Assembly: GCA_044892525.1 (NCBI GenBank)
Contig: CM097888.1
Span: 89,714,001-89,778,000, forward strand
Length of the DNA stretch: 64,000 nt
Direction of reading: 5' to 3'
From: Schmidtea polychroa
Taxonomy: Eukaryota
Below the pieces are notes generated by a model. It searched no databases, had not been told where the DNA came from, and saw only the letters and a list, made by a program, of their open reading frames with translations. The translations under genes were made by a program, and so were the position numbers. Below, in pieces: positions 26,703 through 39,285 of this stretch (position 1 is its first letter; the number at the start of each line of letters is the position of its first letter).

Positions 26703-26792
26703 ATGGAATTCAAATCATTTATTGATGCCATCAGATCTGGACCAAGAGAATTATTCCGCAGATATTTCAAGAAGGAATATTTGGAGCGAAAG
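26703..26792 (+). CDS. Candidate first exon (MEFKSFIDAIRSGPRELFRRYFKKEYLERK), possibly of the ankyrin-kinase gene
   Basis: ATG, 90-nt open frame, gttgat donor. The link to the kinase gene is inference only. Confidence 0.3.
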
Positions 26793-27490
26793 GTTGATAT
26801 CAAGTTGTATTGAATATATTTGTATTTTTACTAAGTTGTGGGTGTTGGGGTAGGAGGGGGGGGGTTAATTATTATATTTTATTATATTTGTGATAAGCTG
26901 TTAGATCAGTTATGCACCTACATTTTAATGTTGAAATGTTATAGTCAATTGCGGGCAAGAACTGCATAACAAAATAAACCTCGAATATTTATTATTATTA
27001 TGTAAATTGAAAAATTTATTAAAAAATTTAATTAAAGAAATAACTAACAAATTCAAATAATACATTTTTACCTTTGTTTTCATATGAATTTTGTCTGGAT
27101 ATTAGAAGGAAACCTTTGAGATGTGGAACAATATTTAATGCTCTTTTACTTGATGTATTTGTAATGTGTGCATGCTGTGTGTCTGTTGTATTTCTTTGTC
27201 ATGGATTATGCATTGTTATAAATCCACAATATTGATTTGTTCTTTATTGCAATTGAAATTCCTTATCAGATTTTTGTTTTCATTAATCATATTCTCTATA
27301 TAATGGGGCGTACTTTTTAATTCACATCACTTTAATATAGTTTTCAGAATTGATTAGAAAATATTTGTGTAAATATAAATTGTAAGTAATTCTTGTGATA
27401 TTGCTTCTAAATACAAGATGTAATATTCCTTTATCATTGCTATTATTGAAATACTTTTGTTAAAATTTCTATTAATCTTGAATATATTAT

Positions 27491-29485
27491 TCAGGTTGCA
27501 AATTCTACGCACATTCTTATTGAGCCGTCTTTCTTTCCTACCACAACCAATGGGGAGCTCCATGGACTTTTACAGCGTCTTATAACTCCAGCTTTTGTTA
27601 ACTCTTTTATCATATCGTCAATTTTCTGTTCTAGATGCATCGGTTGTCGTCTTGGAAATTGCATTGTTGGATTCCCAGATGTATTAATTTCGTGCTCTAC
27701 GATTCTTGTGAATCCTAAATCAAATCTGGCTGCCATAAATATTGACCCGAATTCATCTAATAATTTGTTAATTGTTGGCAATTCATTTCTTCCCAATTCC
27801 TTTTTTGCTTTTTGCCTTCTCTCGTCATCAGTATAATTGCTAATCTTTGTTTCGGATTCGATATTGTTAATTTCCATCAACTGCACTCCAAATGCTTTCA
27901 AAGTATCTATCCCACCAATAAAACCTGGAAATATATTTTTAATAACAATTATTTTGATAGTCCTCATCTTATTGTGCCAATAAACATTTACTTCTGTACA
28001 TCCCTGTGGTTTTTGAGTTCCTGGAAAAACTCCACATATTTCGATTTCACTGCTGCTTAAACGTGGACTGCCAATTTTATGCCATGTTTCCTCATTCATC
28101 ACTGTAATTGAAGCTCCAGAATCCCACAACATCTCAATCTCAACATCATTTATCATCATCTTGCTCCATTCTCTTCCATCTGACGTCGCATACCTCATTC
28201 TCTCTGTTCTGTCATTCCGATTTTCTTCCTTTACAACCCCATTGACGAAATGTATGCAATAGAGTTCCTCGTGTTTTTTTCAGTTTCCACATCATGAATT
28301 GCATAATCATTATTTGATTCTCTTGTTTCTGCATCATCCGAGTAATTTCTTCCGTTTTCGTCGTCATGCACACAATGTTCTCATAGTTCTGTTGTTCTTT
28401 CCTTCTTAATAAATAACAATCACGAAAATTATGCCCTCCCTTACCACATATCAAACATTTATCTTTTAGTGGACATTCATATCTTCTGTGCCCATATTCG
28501 CCACAGCAAAAACATTGGCCTGACTGTAATTCACCGTTTCTTGGATCAGGAAGGCCTCTAGATCGATTGTATAATCTCTTGGCAATGTGTTTAAGCGAAA
28601 CCGTTGGTGTCCTTCTCTGCACATTCCGTTCGACTGTGTGATTCATTTCGTTATTTCTGTTATACGAATTATCTGGTAAATTCTCTCTTCTGTAATTTCC
28701 TTGGCTTCTTAATACATTGGTGTTACTTCCATTTGTTTCTCTTGTAAACGTTTCTGAATTTCTTCTCCTTGTTGCTTCCGCGTAACTACTCTTCTTTATT
28801 ACCATAATTTCTTCAGTCTTTTCTTTTGATTCCACTTTTTCGTAAATTTTGGCCAGTTGATTTCGTTCTTCTGCTGTCATCGATGGTTTCATTGTTAGAG
28901 CATCCTTTAATCTTCTGTCTCTGACGCGTCCAGTTATAATTTCATTGGCAATCTCCTCTACCCTCATTCCTGAATTAATAACTTCACTCACTAATTTCAA
29001 TACCCTGATTTCGAAGGTTGCATATCTCTCATTTTCCTCTGTCAAATTGCAGCAAGTTCTTTAATCTTGTCTATAATAGTCAATTTAATTGTAAATGTTT
29101 CGGAAAACCATTCTTTAGTTGCTTTATCTGTTGTTTTTTCTGTATTGAAATTTTTCCACAGTGTAGCCGCTTCATCGCAAAGGAGAAAATCGAATGCCTC
29201 GGTCCTCTTCAAATCATTTCTAGCGATCCAATCATCAATTGCCTGTATCCATTTTTCAGCTTCCTTGGTACATCTGCCGTCGTATCTTCTAATCTCCATA
29301 TCCAAGAGTTCTTGCGCACGTTTCGGTAGCGCGTCTCTCGCAGACTTTTTCCTTCTCCTCGAGTCGTCATTGTGTGAACATTTTCGGCGTGGTCGCCAGT
29401 TACAACAATTGGTTCCATCTAAAGATTTATTAATATTAACACAGAGTGATCACTCTTAAATAGTATTGTATATAGCGTAATAACT
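27491..29485 (-). mobile_element. 3'-truncated Ty3/Gypsy element related to 22492-26095: one 88-bp LTR, gag, protease, start of RT
   Basis: LTR 29398-29485 with AGTTA..TAACT ends; PBS TGGCGACCACGCC; gag alignable to the first element; two CCHC knuckles (CFCCGEYGHRRYEC, CLICGKGGHNFRDC); protease WDSGAS; RT start SPWSSPLVVVGKKDGSIRMCV. Confidence 0.92.
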
Positions 29486-30092
29486 AACACATTGTATTGA
29501 ATTACGCAATATACTCTAAACTGCTTCACATTTGGTCCTTGGCCTTTAATGTAATATCATTACTGCTATAATTCATTTGTTCGTTCTTTTGCTCATTCAT
29601 CCTATATTTTTATTTATTTTTATTTGTTATTTTTTATTTTGATGTCAAATTTTCTTTTAACTTTTATTCCGTCACTTTGTGTTTGTGTGTGTGTGTGTTT
29701 CATATATCTTGGCCTCAATACTGAGAACTAAACGTATTAGGCTTCCTTTTCATATAATTATGGTAATAATATTTATAATTTCTATATTGCTCAACTGACC
29801 TGATATTATCTCATTACTTTCTTGGGTTTCCCCTGGAGGAATCACCTGCTGGCGGTCACAGCTATGGTTGCCAACCGTTCTTTATTCACCTTTGATTGTT
29901 TTCATGACACTTAATGGTTATGAATGCCGCTCAATAATTGATATTTATTGTACAGAGGCCCCCTTCAATGCTGCCAATATAAATGCGATAGCAAAATCCT
30001 ATCGGCATGGAATGCATTTTATTGTTCTCACTATTCTGATATATTATCATTTCTATAATATATAAATAAATATTTCATTAATTGCTATTCAG

Positions 30093-33000
30093 TTTAATTT
30101 GTCCCCTCTGGACATCGCAATAAAGAATAAGAATGAGGAACTCATTGAGATTATCAAGGGTGAAATATTGGAACGTCAAGTATGTTTTCACGTGTTTATC
30201 ATTCACTGTATATTTATCGCTAAAATGATCCAATTATTCATTTTGATTGGTCAATATTCAAATTTGGCACAAATATTTATTGATTCTATTAAAACAAATT
30301 GATAATTTATTGCTATGATTCCTTTGATTAAGATAATTGGGGCATTTTTGTATTTGTGATCAATTTCTCCTTACATTGATGGAATCATATTATTGAGGTC
30401 GCCATTTTTATTTATATATTTGTTTTCAGTTTTTGCAGATCTTAACTTAACATTATTCTATTCAGATTTCAATGATGGGCCTGCAATGCAATCAGCGCTG
30501 TAATCACGAGTTGTGCCCGACATGTAAGTTATCAATTTATATCATATTTGCTTATATAATAATTGTAGTGATTTACATATATTGCGTAATTATTGTTGCA
30601 CTAGGTGATTGTATGGGGGAAGGCATATCAAGGGATAATGAGGGATTGTCATTGCAGCATGAGTGATAGGCAATGCAATTATATTTCATTACAAATATAT
30701 TACGTTGCGGTATTTTCAGCTCGCATAATTAATGAGCATAAATAAATTATTGCAGTTGTGAGATGGGATGGTAAATGAAATAGAGATTTGTGAAACTAAG
30801 GAGAAATATAATGGAAACTGTTGGAATGAAATAGATATGAAAAGCAGAGAAATGCCAATTTGCAGAAAATCAATAAAAACAAATCATAAATCAAAGAGAT
30901 GGATGTGGAGGGATTTGTTAGGAGGAAGATAGCCAAGAGATTGATTGTTGTAGATTATTTTAGCTCAGAGCTATTAATTATAGGGATAATTCAATTATAT
31001 AAAGATAAAATACGTGTAAAATCGTCTAACGTTATGAGAGAGGCAATATAGGATAGATATGGAGTGATAATTAAGGAAATTAGGTGAGAAAACTTGATAA
31101 AGTTAAAGGATAATTGTGTACTATGAGCGCATAGCTTCAACAACCATTCCCCCATTTACTGCTTATATAAAATAGTAACTAATAAATATTTTACTTTTCT
31201 AACAGATAACTAAATAGAGGGATTTTGAATAGTTTAATTATTAAATATTTTTTATTTTATTATTAATTAAATATTTATTTGATATTTTTTATTTTTCTAA
31301 TTGGTAATTAACCATTAATATTAATATTTATGTTATTGTTATTTATTTAATTATTAATTTGTTACTGATATTATTTAAATATTTATTTTATAATTATTTC
31401 AATAATAAACAAATACGAGGTAAACTGAAACGAAGTTGACAAACGAATTTACATAAGGCATTGACTTGGACGCATCATGAATATCATTTGTATTTATAAT
31501 TTGGCTTACTTTGTCATTCATTGCTATAATCGGTTATTTCAAATTAATATAAAACTAGCAATTTTCCACATTTTTTATTTTAATTAAAAATTTCTCCACA
31601 ATTCGATATTTCAAACAAAATCTCCCAATCCAAATTAAGTCAAAGTAGCAATTCTATTAATTTCTACTAATTTATTATAATTTATTTATAACGAAAGGCC
31701 ACTAGAACATTTGTTTTACGATATCAATTATATATATTTATATCATGTGAAAAAATAAAAATTGGGCAGCCTTTATAATAATAATGATAAATTAATTATT
31801 TCTATGTTTAGCTCTTAGAAATAAAACATTTGTGAAAGGATCAGAAATTGGAAGTGGAGGATTTGGAGAGGTTTATAAATGCAAGGGATCTGGGATAGAT
31901 ACAGAGTTTGCTGTCAAGCGGGTAAGATTGAGAGATATTGACGTGAAATATATCGAAGGAAATATTCATAACTTCCTATCCAAATTGGAGCACAGCAGAA
32001 TCATTCGATATTTTGGAGTGATCCAGACAGAAGACCAATTATGCATTTTCATGGAATACCTATCTCAGGTGAGTTATACATTTCATTTCATCTGCATTAA
32101 TTACCTTTTTCCTCTGTCCGTAAGCTAATTGAATATAAATCATGAAAGGTCAGTGAGGAAATGTAAGAGTAATTATTGCAATATGCAGATGCAGGGGACA
32201 TGTTATTTGTTATTGCAATAATTTACTGCAACGTGAAATTTATGCTTGCAAACAATATTTATATAAAACAAATATATTATATTGGAATCGCTTTCTATGC
32301 AAATTAGTTAATGATATAATTTATTAGATTTTTATCCAGTGACATATCTTTAAATTAATCTAAATAATATATTTGGTGAATTTCAGGGTTAATAATAGAT
32401 ATTCCACTTAAATGACTGGCAGAATAATTATTCCCGTTTCTAGGGTTCCCTGGAGGATCGAATCAAGAGGGAAAAGGGCCTTGCAACAAATGACGTAATC
32501 ATATACAGCAAGCAGACCCTCGAGGCTCTGGAATTCCTACATGGAATCGCAATCATCCATCGAGATATAAAACGTAAATAAAAGCATTTATAATATTTCT
32601 ATTTCAATTATTAATCAGCGGCAAATATATTGATTGGCCCCGAGAATAATATAAAATTAGCAGATTTTGGTCTCAGCCGGCCATTGATCAATTGACTAAT
32701 GTTCGATTATCTCTTGGATATCTTGAATTCCTGGCTCCCGAAGTTCTAGAACTCCTGGACAATTTAGATCACAGCCTGTCATTGACGAGTACCACTAGGC
32801 AATCTTCTGTTGGAACTGTCAATTTCATGGCTCCTGAAGTTCTCCAACAATCTATCTATACGAAGTCAGCTGATATCTGGTCTGTGGGAGCCATTGTAAT
32901 CAATATGATTACTGGTTAGCAATATTTTATTAGTTTCTTTTCATAAAGTAAATATATTTGTCATTATTTATCTATTTAATGTACTAACTAAACCATTGAA

Positions 33001-34834
33001 GGCTAAATTTATATTGAATTACCTGTAAAATGGCGAGATTATCATTCCTAAATAGCAGCTTGTGCCAAAAATATACAACTTCTTGATTAGTTGCAAGTTT
33101 ATCTATAACATTGTGATGTGACATCAAAATCAATATTGAACAATAAAAATATCAATTTTAAAGCTTTTTGATTACATTACAATTTTTAATATTAATTTAT
33201 TTAATCATTTTTTCTTTTTATTGATCACTAATTTGATTTTTTCCATAATAATTTTATTTTTATTTTGACAACAGCTCAATGTTGATCAGTATGATACTTT
33301 CTATTTATTTACATTTGTATTCTTCACCAGACATTTTTCGGGTACCAAAAGAAGTATTAGTCACTATTAGGTTATATAAATATGTATTATTTTGTTATTA
33401 TTTATATTGTTATGCTGAGTTTCACGGAAATTGTAGAGCCCTGCCGAATCTGCAGTAAAATCATTCGTGTTTAACAAGATTAATTGATGAAATCTTTATA
33501 TTTATACAACGATATATAATTAAATATATCCTTATAAAACCTTTAATTCCTTATAACCAACGATAAGAATAAATATTCTCTTGCAAATTGTCTAACAAAT
33601 CGTTTTCTCTGAATGTTTTATCTATAATTATCTTCCGCGATTTATCTCTTTATTATTTCCTTTTATTCTGATGAGGCTTGCAATGCAATTGTAGGTAATA
33701 AATGCGAGAAAGAGCAGGAATATTATTATCTTTTATAAATAGTTGTTGCAAGATTGATACATGTAAATTTGTTTTCGTGTCTTTTATATTTCATATTTCC
33801 CTTCAGCCGGATAATATTTGCGGCAAAATTATGGATAATAAACTCACAAAATTAGAAGCTTTGTAGAAACTTTTGTTTTCTTAGAAATTTTATTCTTAAT
33901 TTAGTTTCAATGATTTTTTTTTCATTTTGTTATGAATTGAATTTTTGCAAATATTACATAACAATTACAATAGCAAAAATTAACTAAAAATAAGTAGTAT
34001 CATTACATAACTTCCCCCTTTTAAACCGGAGCTTAACGTTAACAAATTTTGTTTGATTTTTAGTCTTTTTTATTAGATGGTCAGAAAAACAAAATAAAAA
34101 TTAACATTCAAATGTACAGTCACATTTTTGCACTATTTGTTTGTGCATTTTGTTGTTGTTGTTTATTCGTTTTTATTTGAAACAATCGCTATATTTTTTT
34201 TGTTTGCTCCCTTTTCCTCGCATATTGGTAGTTACTCCTGTGTTATTTAGTGTTTCATGTTCATCTTATATTATTAATAATAAATTATTAAAAAGAGCTT
34301 GAAAACTGTAAATCAGTAAAAATATTGATATTTTTGATTTTCACGAATTTTTGGAACTGCCCTTTTCAAGTTTAATTTATTTAACGCATTAAACAATTCG
34401 GTCCCCATAGAAATTATAGAGATTTAATACGAAATATGTAATCAGAATAATATTACTAAAATATAAATAAAAATCATATAAATATATCAATTAATTTATT
34501 TTTAACCAATCACAGATCTCAGAATGTTTAATTCAAGTTATTGTTTGAAATAATAAAATATGTAAAATTCAAAAGTTTTTATAATTATGTTATTATTTAT
34601 TTAAATGTATCAACAATGAGTGACATTAATTTACATTCAGGCAAAGCGCCATATCACAATATGGATTGGGTGCATGCCATGCGCAAAATCCAAGAAACTA
34701 AAAAGCTTGAAGTGCCTCCAAATATATCAGAGGAAATGAAAGGGTTCATTGAAGCAATGTTAAATCCAGATTCAGATCAACGGCCCACCGCAACTCAATT
34801 ATTACAATTGAAATTATTTTCGGAATTGGAATAA
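30093..34834 (+). CDS. Ankyrin-repeat-containing Ser/Thr kinase, STE11/MAP3K-like; exons 30093-30179, 30466-30523, 31812-32068, 32444-32573, 32619-32914, 34641-34834; 1-nt frame discrepancy in exon 32619-32914
   Basis: GSGGFGEVY, FAVKRV, IFMEYLSQGSL, HRDIKPANIL, DFG, GTVNFMAPEV, DIWSVG, RPTATQLL. GT-AG introns with consistent phases except one 296-nt exon that should be a multiple of 3. Upstream exon FNLSPLDIAIKNKNEELIEII is ankyrin-like. 5' exons unresolved. Confidence 0.8.
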
Positions 34835-35662
34835 ATTTTTATATTTGATTTTCATTTTGATTTCCGAATTTTATGAATCATTTTTGTTTTAATGGATGGA
34901 ATGAAATTAAGGTTAATTTATCAAAGAAATGTTTCATTTGAGTTATCCAGACTGATTTGCTTTTTCCTTGTATTATAGGAACCTTTGGAAACCACAAAGG
35001 GGCCCCCTAATCATGGAAATCATATCGATTCAATTTATCCAAATATCGTTCTCAATATTAGAAGTCTCGACATTCAATTTATCAATCTATTATAATGATG
35101 GCGATAAGTAGTAGGAAGATGTGAACACCTTACGTGTGGGACTAAATGATTACACGCACAGATACACATTCAATACTGTCAATCAATATATACACACACT
35201 CAATGCTGTCAATCAATAAATACACACAAACACACTCAATGCTACCATGAAACTCAGAAGTTTGCAATTTGCAATGCCATCCATAAAATCAATATTAGCG
35301 ATATTCCTAATTTACATATGATTTGTCAGATAAGATTGCAATCGGTTTGTGATTATCAAAACTGATTTCTGATAGATTTATCAATGAATGCTAAATTGGC
35401 ACAATAAATATGATTTATTAAATATATTTTATCATTCATCAACTTTATTCTCTTCATTATGTGATCTTGAGATCAGCTGATCTACGGATCAGTGCATATC
35501 AGATGATAAATGGTTCAAAGGTTACAAATCGTAACTTATTATTGTAGATTAAGAATGTCTTATTGAATAAATAATTGAATTGTTTTAATGAATTGAATTA
35601 TATTTAGGTAAATTGGACAACGAATGTTTCATTCATAGCACGCGCGTGCTATTCCACATCAT

Positions 35663-37079
35663 CAGTGCCGAATTAACCATTAGGCTAAGTAGGCTTAAGT
35701 CTAAGGGGCCTACTTTTGAGATGTTTGAAATTAATAATTAAATTTTATGTTAAAAATTATGCACTATTGACTACTGAGCATTCGAACACTTTAACTCACT
35801 TAGTATTTGCTTTTATTTGCGCTAATTATTTTTTTGTCTATCTATTTTTTGTCCTTTTGTTCAACTATATATCTCTATTTATATCAATTTAAAGATACTA
35901 ATTCTAAGTATAGTAATTTTTATTTACTATTTATACTCTATTTCTTATTATAATAATTATTAATGATTTATTTATATATTTTTTAGTCTGTATATTTTAA
36001 AATGTATATTTTGTGGCTTTGAATATATATTTTCTTATTAAATTTTAGATACTAATTTAGCATGAGCAAAAAATGTGAAAGTGGTGCTTGCAAGCGCAAG
36101 AGAAAGCGACTTCAAGAGCTTGAGGTAAAGAACATCACATCAATCACTGCTTACATGCATGCATCAACTAGTACTACAACATCAACTGGAAGAAAATCTC
36201 ACTGAAGCGGTACACCCAGCTGTATATGAGGAAACAGCCATTGCACAAACTCAAAATGAAATTATGGAACTAATTCAAGAGCCACTTACTGAACACGAAG
36301 ATAGAAACGAGTCACAAGGATATTTATCTACTGTAACAGACATTGGCTTTGGTCGGATTTATCACAAAATGACGTATCATATTGGAGAGAGAAAGGCCCC
36401 CTAAAGTTCAGCATCATTGTGGACCGTTTTTAAATTCTAAGCGAGTTTATAAGAATCAGTCCAGGTTTTATACAAAATCTATTTTTTATTCAACAAAAGC
36501 CAATGGAGAAAAATATACCCTAGAATGGCTTGTGGTTACCTAGAAAGCCGAATGTTTTGCTTTGTTTGTAAACTCTTTCCCAAGATTGCATATTTAACAG
36601 CATTAGCTTCTGAAGGATTTAATGATTGGAAAAACTCTAGTATCATACAAAAGCATGAAAATTCGGGAAATCATAGGAATTCTTTGTTAATATACTTAAC
36701 AAGATCAAAAAAGAAAGCTTAAACTTCAAAGCTAGAGGAAAAAATAAGAAAAGAGCAGCAGTACTGGTGTTACGTTGTAGAGAGAGTTTTCGCTGTAATA
36801 TGCACTCTTGCAGAGCGAGGCTTACCTTTTAGAGGAGAAAATGAAAAATTTGGAAATCCAAATGACGGCAATTTCTTTGGTCTTTTAGAACTAATTGCAA
36901 AATTTGATCCATTTTTAAAGGATCATATCGATCGGTATGGAAATTCCGGGACAGGAAAGCCTTCCTATCCGTCCAAAACTATATGTGAGGAAATTATTGA
37001 ACTCGTGGCAAAAAAGTCAAAAACGCAATTGTGACAGCAGTGAAAAAGGCTGGATATTTTAACTTTTCAGTAGATTCCA
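35663..37079 (+). mobile_element. 5' half of a degenerate hAT transposon (TTF-type zinc finger, DUF4371-like)
   Basis: Terminus CAGTGCCGAATTAACCATTAGGC; MSKKCESGACKRKRKR start at 36062; MFCFVCKLF; LAERGLPFRGENE..DGNFFGLLELIAKFDPFL; truncated after GYFNFSVDS. Confidence 0.85.
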
Positions 37080-37160
37080 AATTGCAAAAATTACCCAAAT
37101 AAGGAATAAATAAAATATAAAACCAAAATGGCGGTTTTTCATAATCAATAAAAACAATTA

Positions 37161-38831
37161 CCGTAATTATCCGAATATAAGACGCTTTTTTTTCATCACT
37201 TTTGGGTATGATAATCGTGGTGCGTCTTATACATGGGTATAACGGGAAATATTTTTTCCTACTCAGAAAATTTTCTGAAAACCCGGTATGGGCAAGGGAA
37301 ATAAAGCATAAATTAATACAAAATATTTTTTTATTAGTTACAGAATGTTTTTTTCATTACAGAGATCATTATTTTCATCTTCACTTTTTATCAAATTCTC
37401 AATCTAAATGGACTCGTCCACTTCTTCAAACATTAATTCATTTTCCATATCATCATCCTCATTCCCTACATCAGATATATCGTCCTGCCAAATAACATCG
37501 TCTTCTGATCCATCCATAGCATTACTCAAACAACATTTCTTGAATCCTTTGATAATAATTGCCTCACTAACTGCATCCCATGATAATTGAATCCATTTGC
37601 AAATAGTTTCTAAATCAACCTTTCGTCTGTTTCCAGAAGCAGTAAATGATGGAGCTCCAGAAAAAAACCACTCATTCCATCTCTTTCGCATCTCTTGTTT
37701 AAATGGCCTATTGCAAACTACATCCATAACTTGGAGTTGCCCGGTCATCCCTCCAGGAATAATCACAAGATCTGTTTTGTTTTTTGCCAAAATTTCCTTT
37801 ACGCATGGCATACGGTGGCATCTAAATGCGTCTAATACCAGTAACCTCCTTGAATTTCGAAATTCATCTTTTCTATCATTACACCAAATAGTCTTAATCC
37901 AATCCTTAGTCAACTCCTCATTCATCCATCCATTTTCTTGTGCTTTAACAATCATACCAGCTGGCCAATGAATGTTCTTTGGTAAAGATTTTCTTTTAAA
38001 AATTACATAAGGCGGCATCTTCTTGCCGTCACCATAAGCTCCCAACATAACTGTAAACCAATTCTTTTCGTTGCCTGTAGTTTTAATAGGTACGGACTTG
38101 ACTCCTTTGAAATCCAATGTCTGAAATGAAGGTATATCAAAACTTAGTGGAGTCTGATCCCCATTTGCTATGCAACTAATTGGATATTCATGCCTTTTCC
38201 TTAAATTTATTATATATTTCTGATAGTCGAGCAGCTTATTTTCTACATCATCCGGCAGTCGCTGTGCAATCGAAGTCCTTCTTCTTATAGAAATATCATT
38301 CCTTTTCATGAAGAGCTGGCACCAGCGCGCCGAGGCTTTAAATATTGAACCAGGATACATCTCCTTGACTAACTCTAAAGCCTTCAATCTAACTTCTACA
38401 GTGGATATTGAGGAACCTGAAAATCGCCTTTCATGAACATATTCAACTAATTTTTTCTCCACGTCAGGAAAAAATAATTTCCTCCCTCTGCCAGGGGCCT
38501 TTGTAGAGGATCTGCACTCTTTTAAAGTATTTTTATTATTTCTCCAATGCCTTACATTAGCTTCACTGAGTCCATATTCTCTAGATGCTCCTCTATTTCC
38601 GATACGTTCGGCTGCTTCAATTACCTTCAATTTGAAACCTGTCGTATAACTGCAGCGTTTAGAAGACATTATAGGGAAATAAAAATTTTAATTTAAGTAA
38701 CTGAAATTTTAATTTTAAACAAAAAATAAATTTAATGTAATAATTATACATGCGTCTTATATTTGGGTTAGTTATATTTTCTTGAATTCAGTCAATTTTT
38801 AATGATGCGTCTTATATTCGGATAATTACGG
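37161..38831 (-). mobile_element. pogo-superfamily transposon, Passer/DD35D type, apparently intact
   Basis: Perfect 25-bp TIRs ccgtaattatccgaatataagacgc; TA on both sides; single uninterrupted 421-aa ORF. Confidence 0.95.
37404..38669 (-). CDS. pogo/Passer transposase: Brinker-type DBD, CENP-B/Tc5 HTH, DDE_1 domain
   Basis: YTTGFKLKVIEAAE..GNRGASREYG; FKASARWCQLFMKR; catalytic NGDQTP, VLDAFRCH, LQVMDV with 35 residues counted between the second and third Asp. Confidence 0.95.
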   Translation of the reverse strand: MSSKRCSYTTGFKLKVIEAAERIGNRGASREYGLSEANVRHWRNNKNTLKECRSSTKAPGRGRKLFFPDVEKKLVEYVHERRFSGSSISTVEVRLKALELVKEMYPGSIFKASARWCQLFMKRNDISIRRRTSIAQRLPDDVENKLLDYQKYIINLRKRHEYPISCIANGDQTPLSFDIPSFQTLDFKGVKSVPIKTTGNEKNWFTVMLGAYGDGKKMPPYVIFKRKSLPKNIHWPAGMIVKAQENGWMNEELTKDWIKTIWCNDRKDEFRNSRRLLVLDAFRCHRMPCVKEILAKNKTDLVIIPGGMTGQLQVMDVVCNRPFKQEMRKRWNEWFFSGAPSFTASGNRRKVDLETICKWIQLSWDAVSEAIIIKGFKKCCLSNAMDGSEDDVIWQDDISDVGNEDDDMENELMFEEVDESI

Positions 38832-39285
38832 TAACCAATGAAATTAATCTAAAATATCATTTGAATAACTCTCATTCTGACGCCTGACCAATGGCGTAAT
38901 TTTCCCTAATGAGAACTTGATAAAGGCAGTACCGAAAATTTGTGATTATCCTTAAATATTTATTGATCATCTAATTAGAAAAACTTCAATCAATCCGGTA
39001 AGAATTTTTTGACAAATGTGAAAATCAACCAATGCTTTTATGTCTCACTCTAAGTGTCTCACTCGCCCTACAAAAGCAAATTCCCATATAAAGTTATTTT
39101 TTTAATTATGAAATGTTAAAGGCATATTTAATGAAAATGAATGTTACACATTTATCTTTATTATCATTATCATTATTGCTATTCATATCATTACAAATTC
39201 CATTGGCAGCTTTATGTGAGATAAATGAAAAGGTAAAGAAAAATAAGCATTTCTTTTAGCTCTTATCCTCAATAACAAAATGGCA

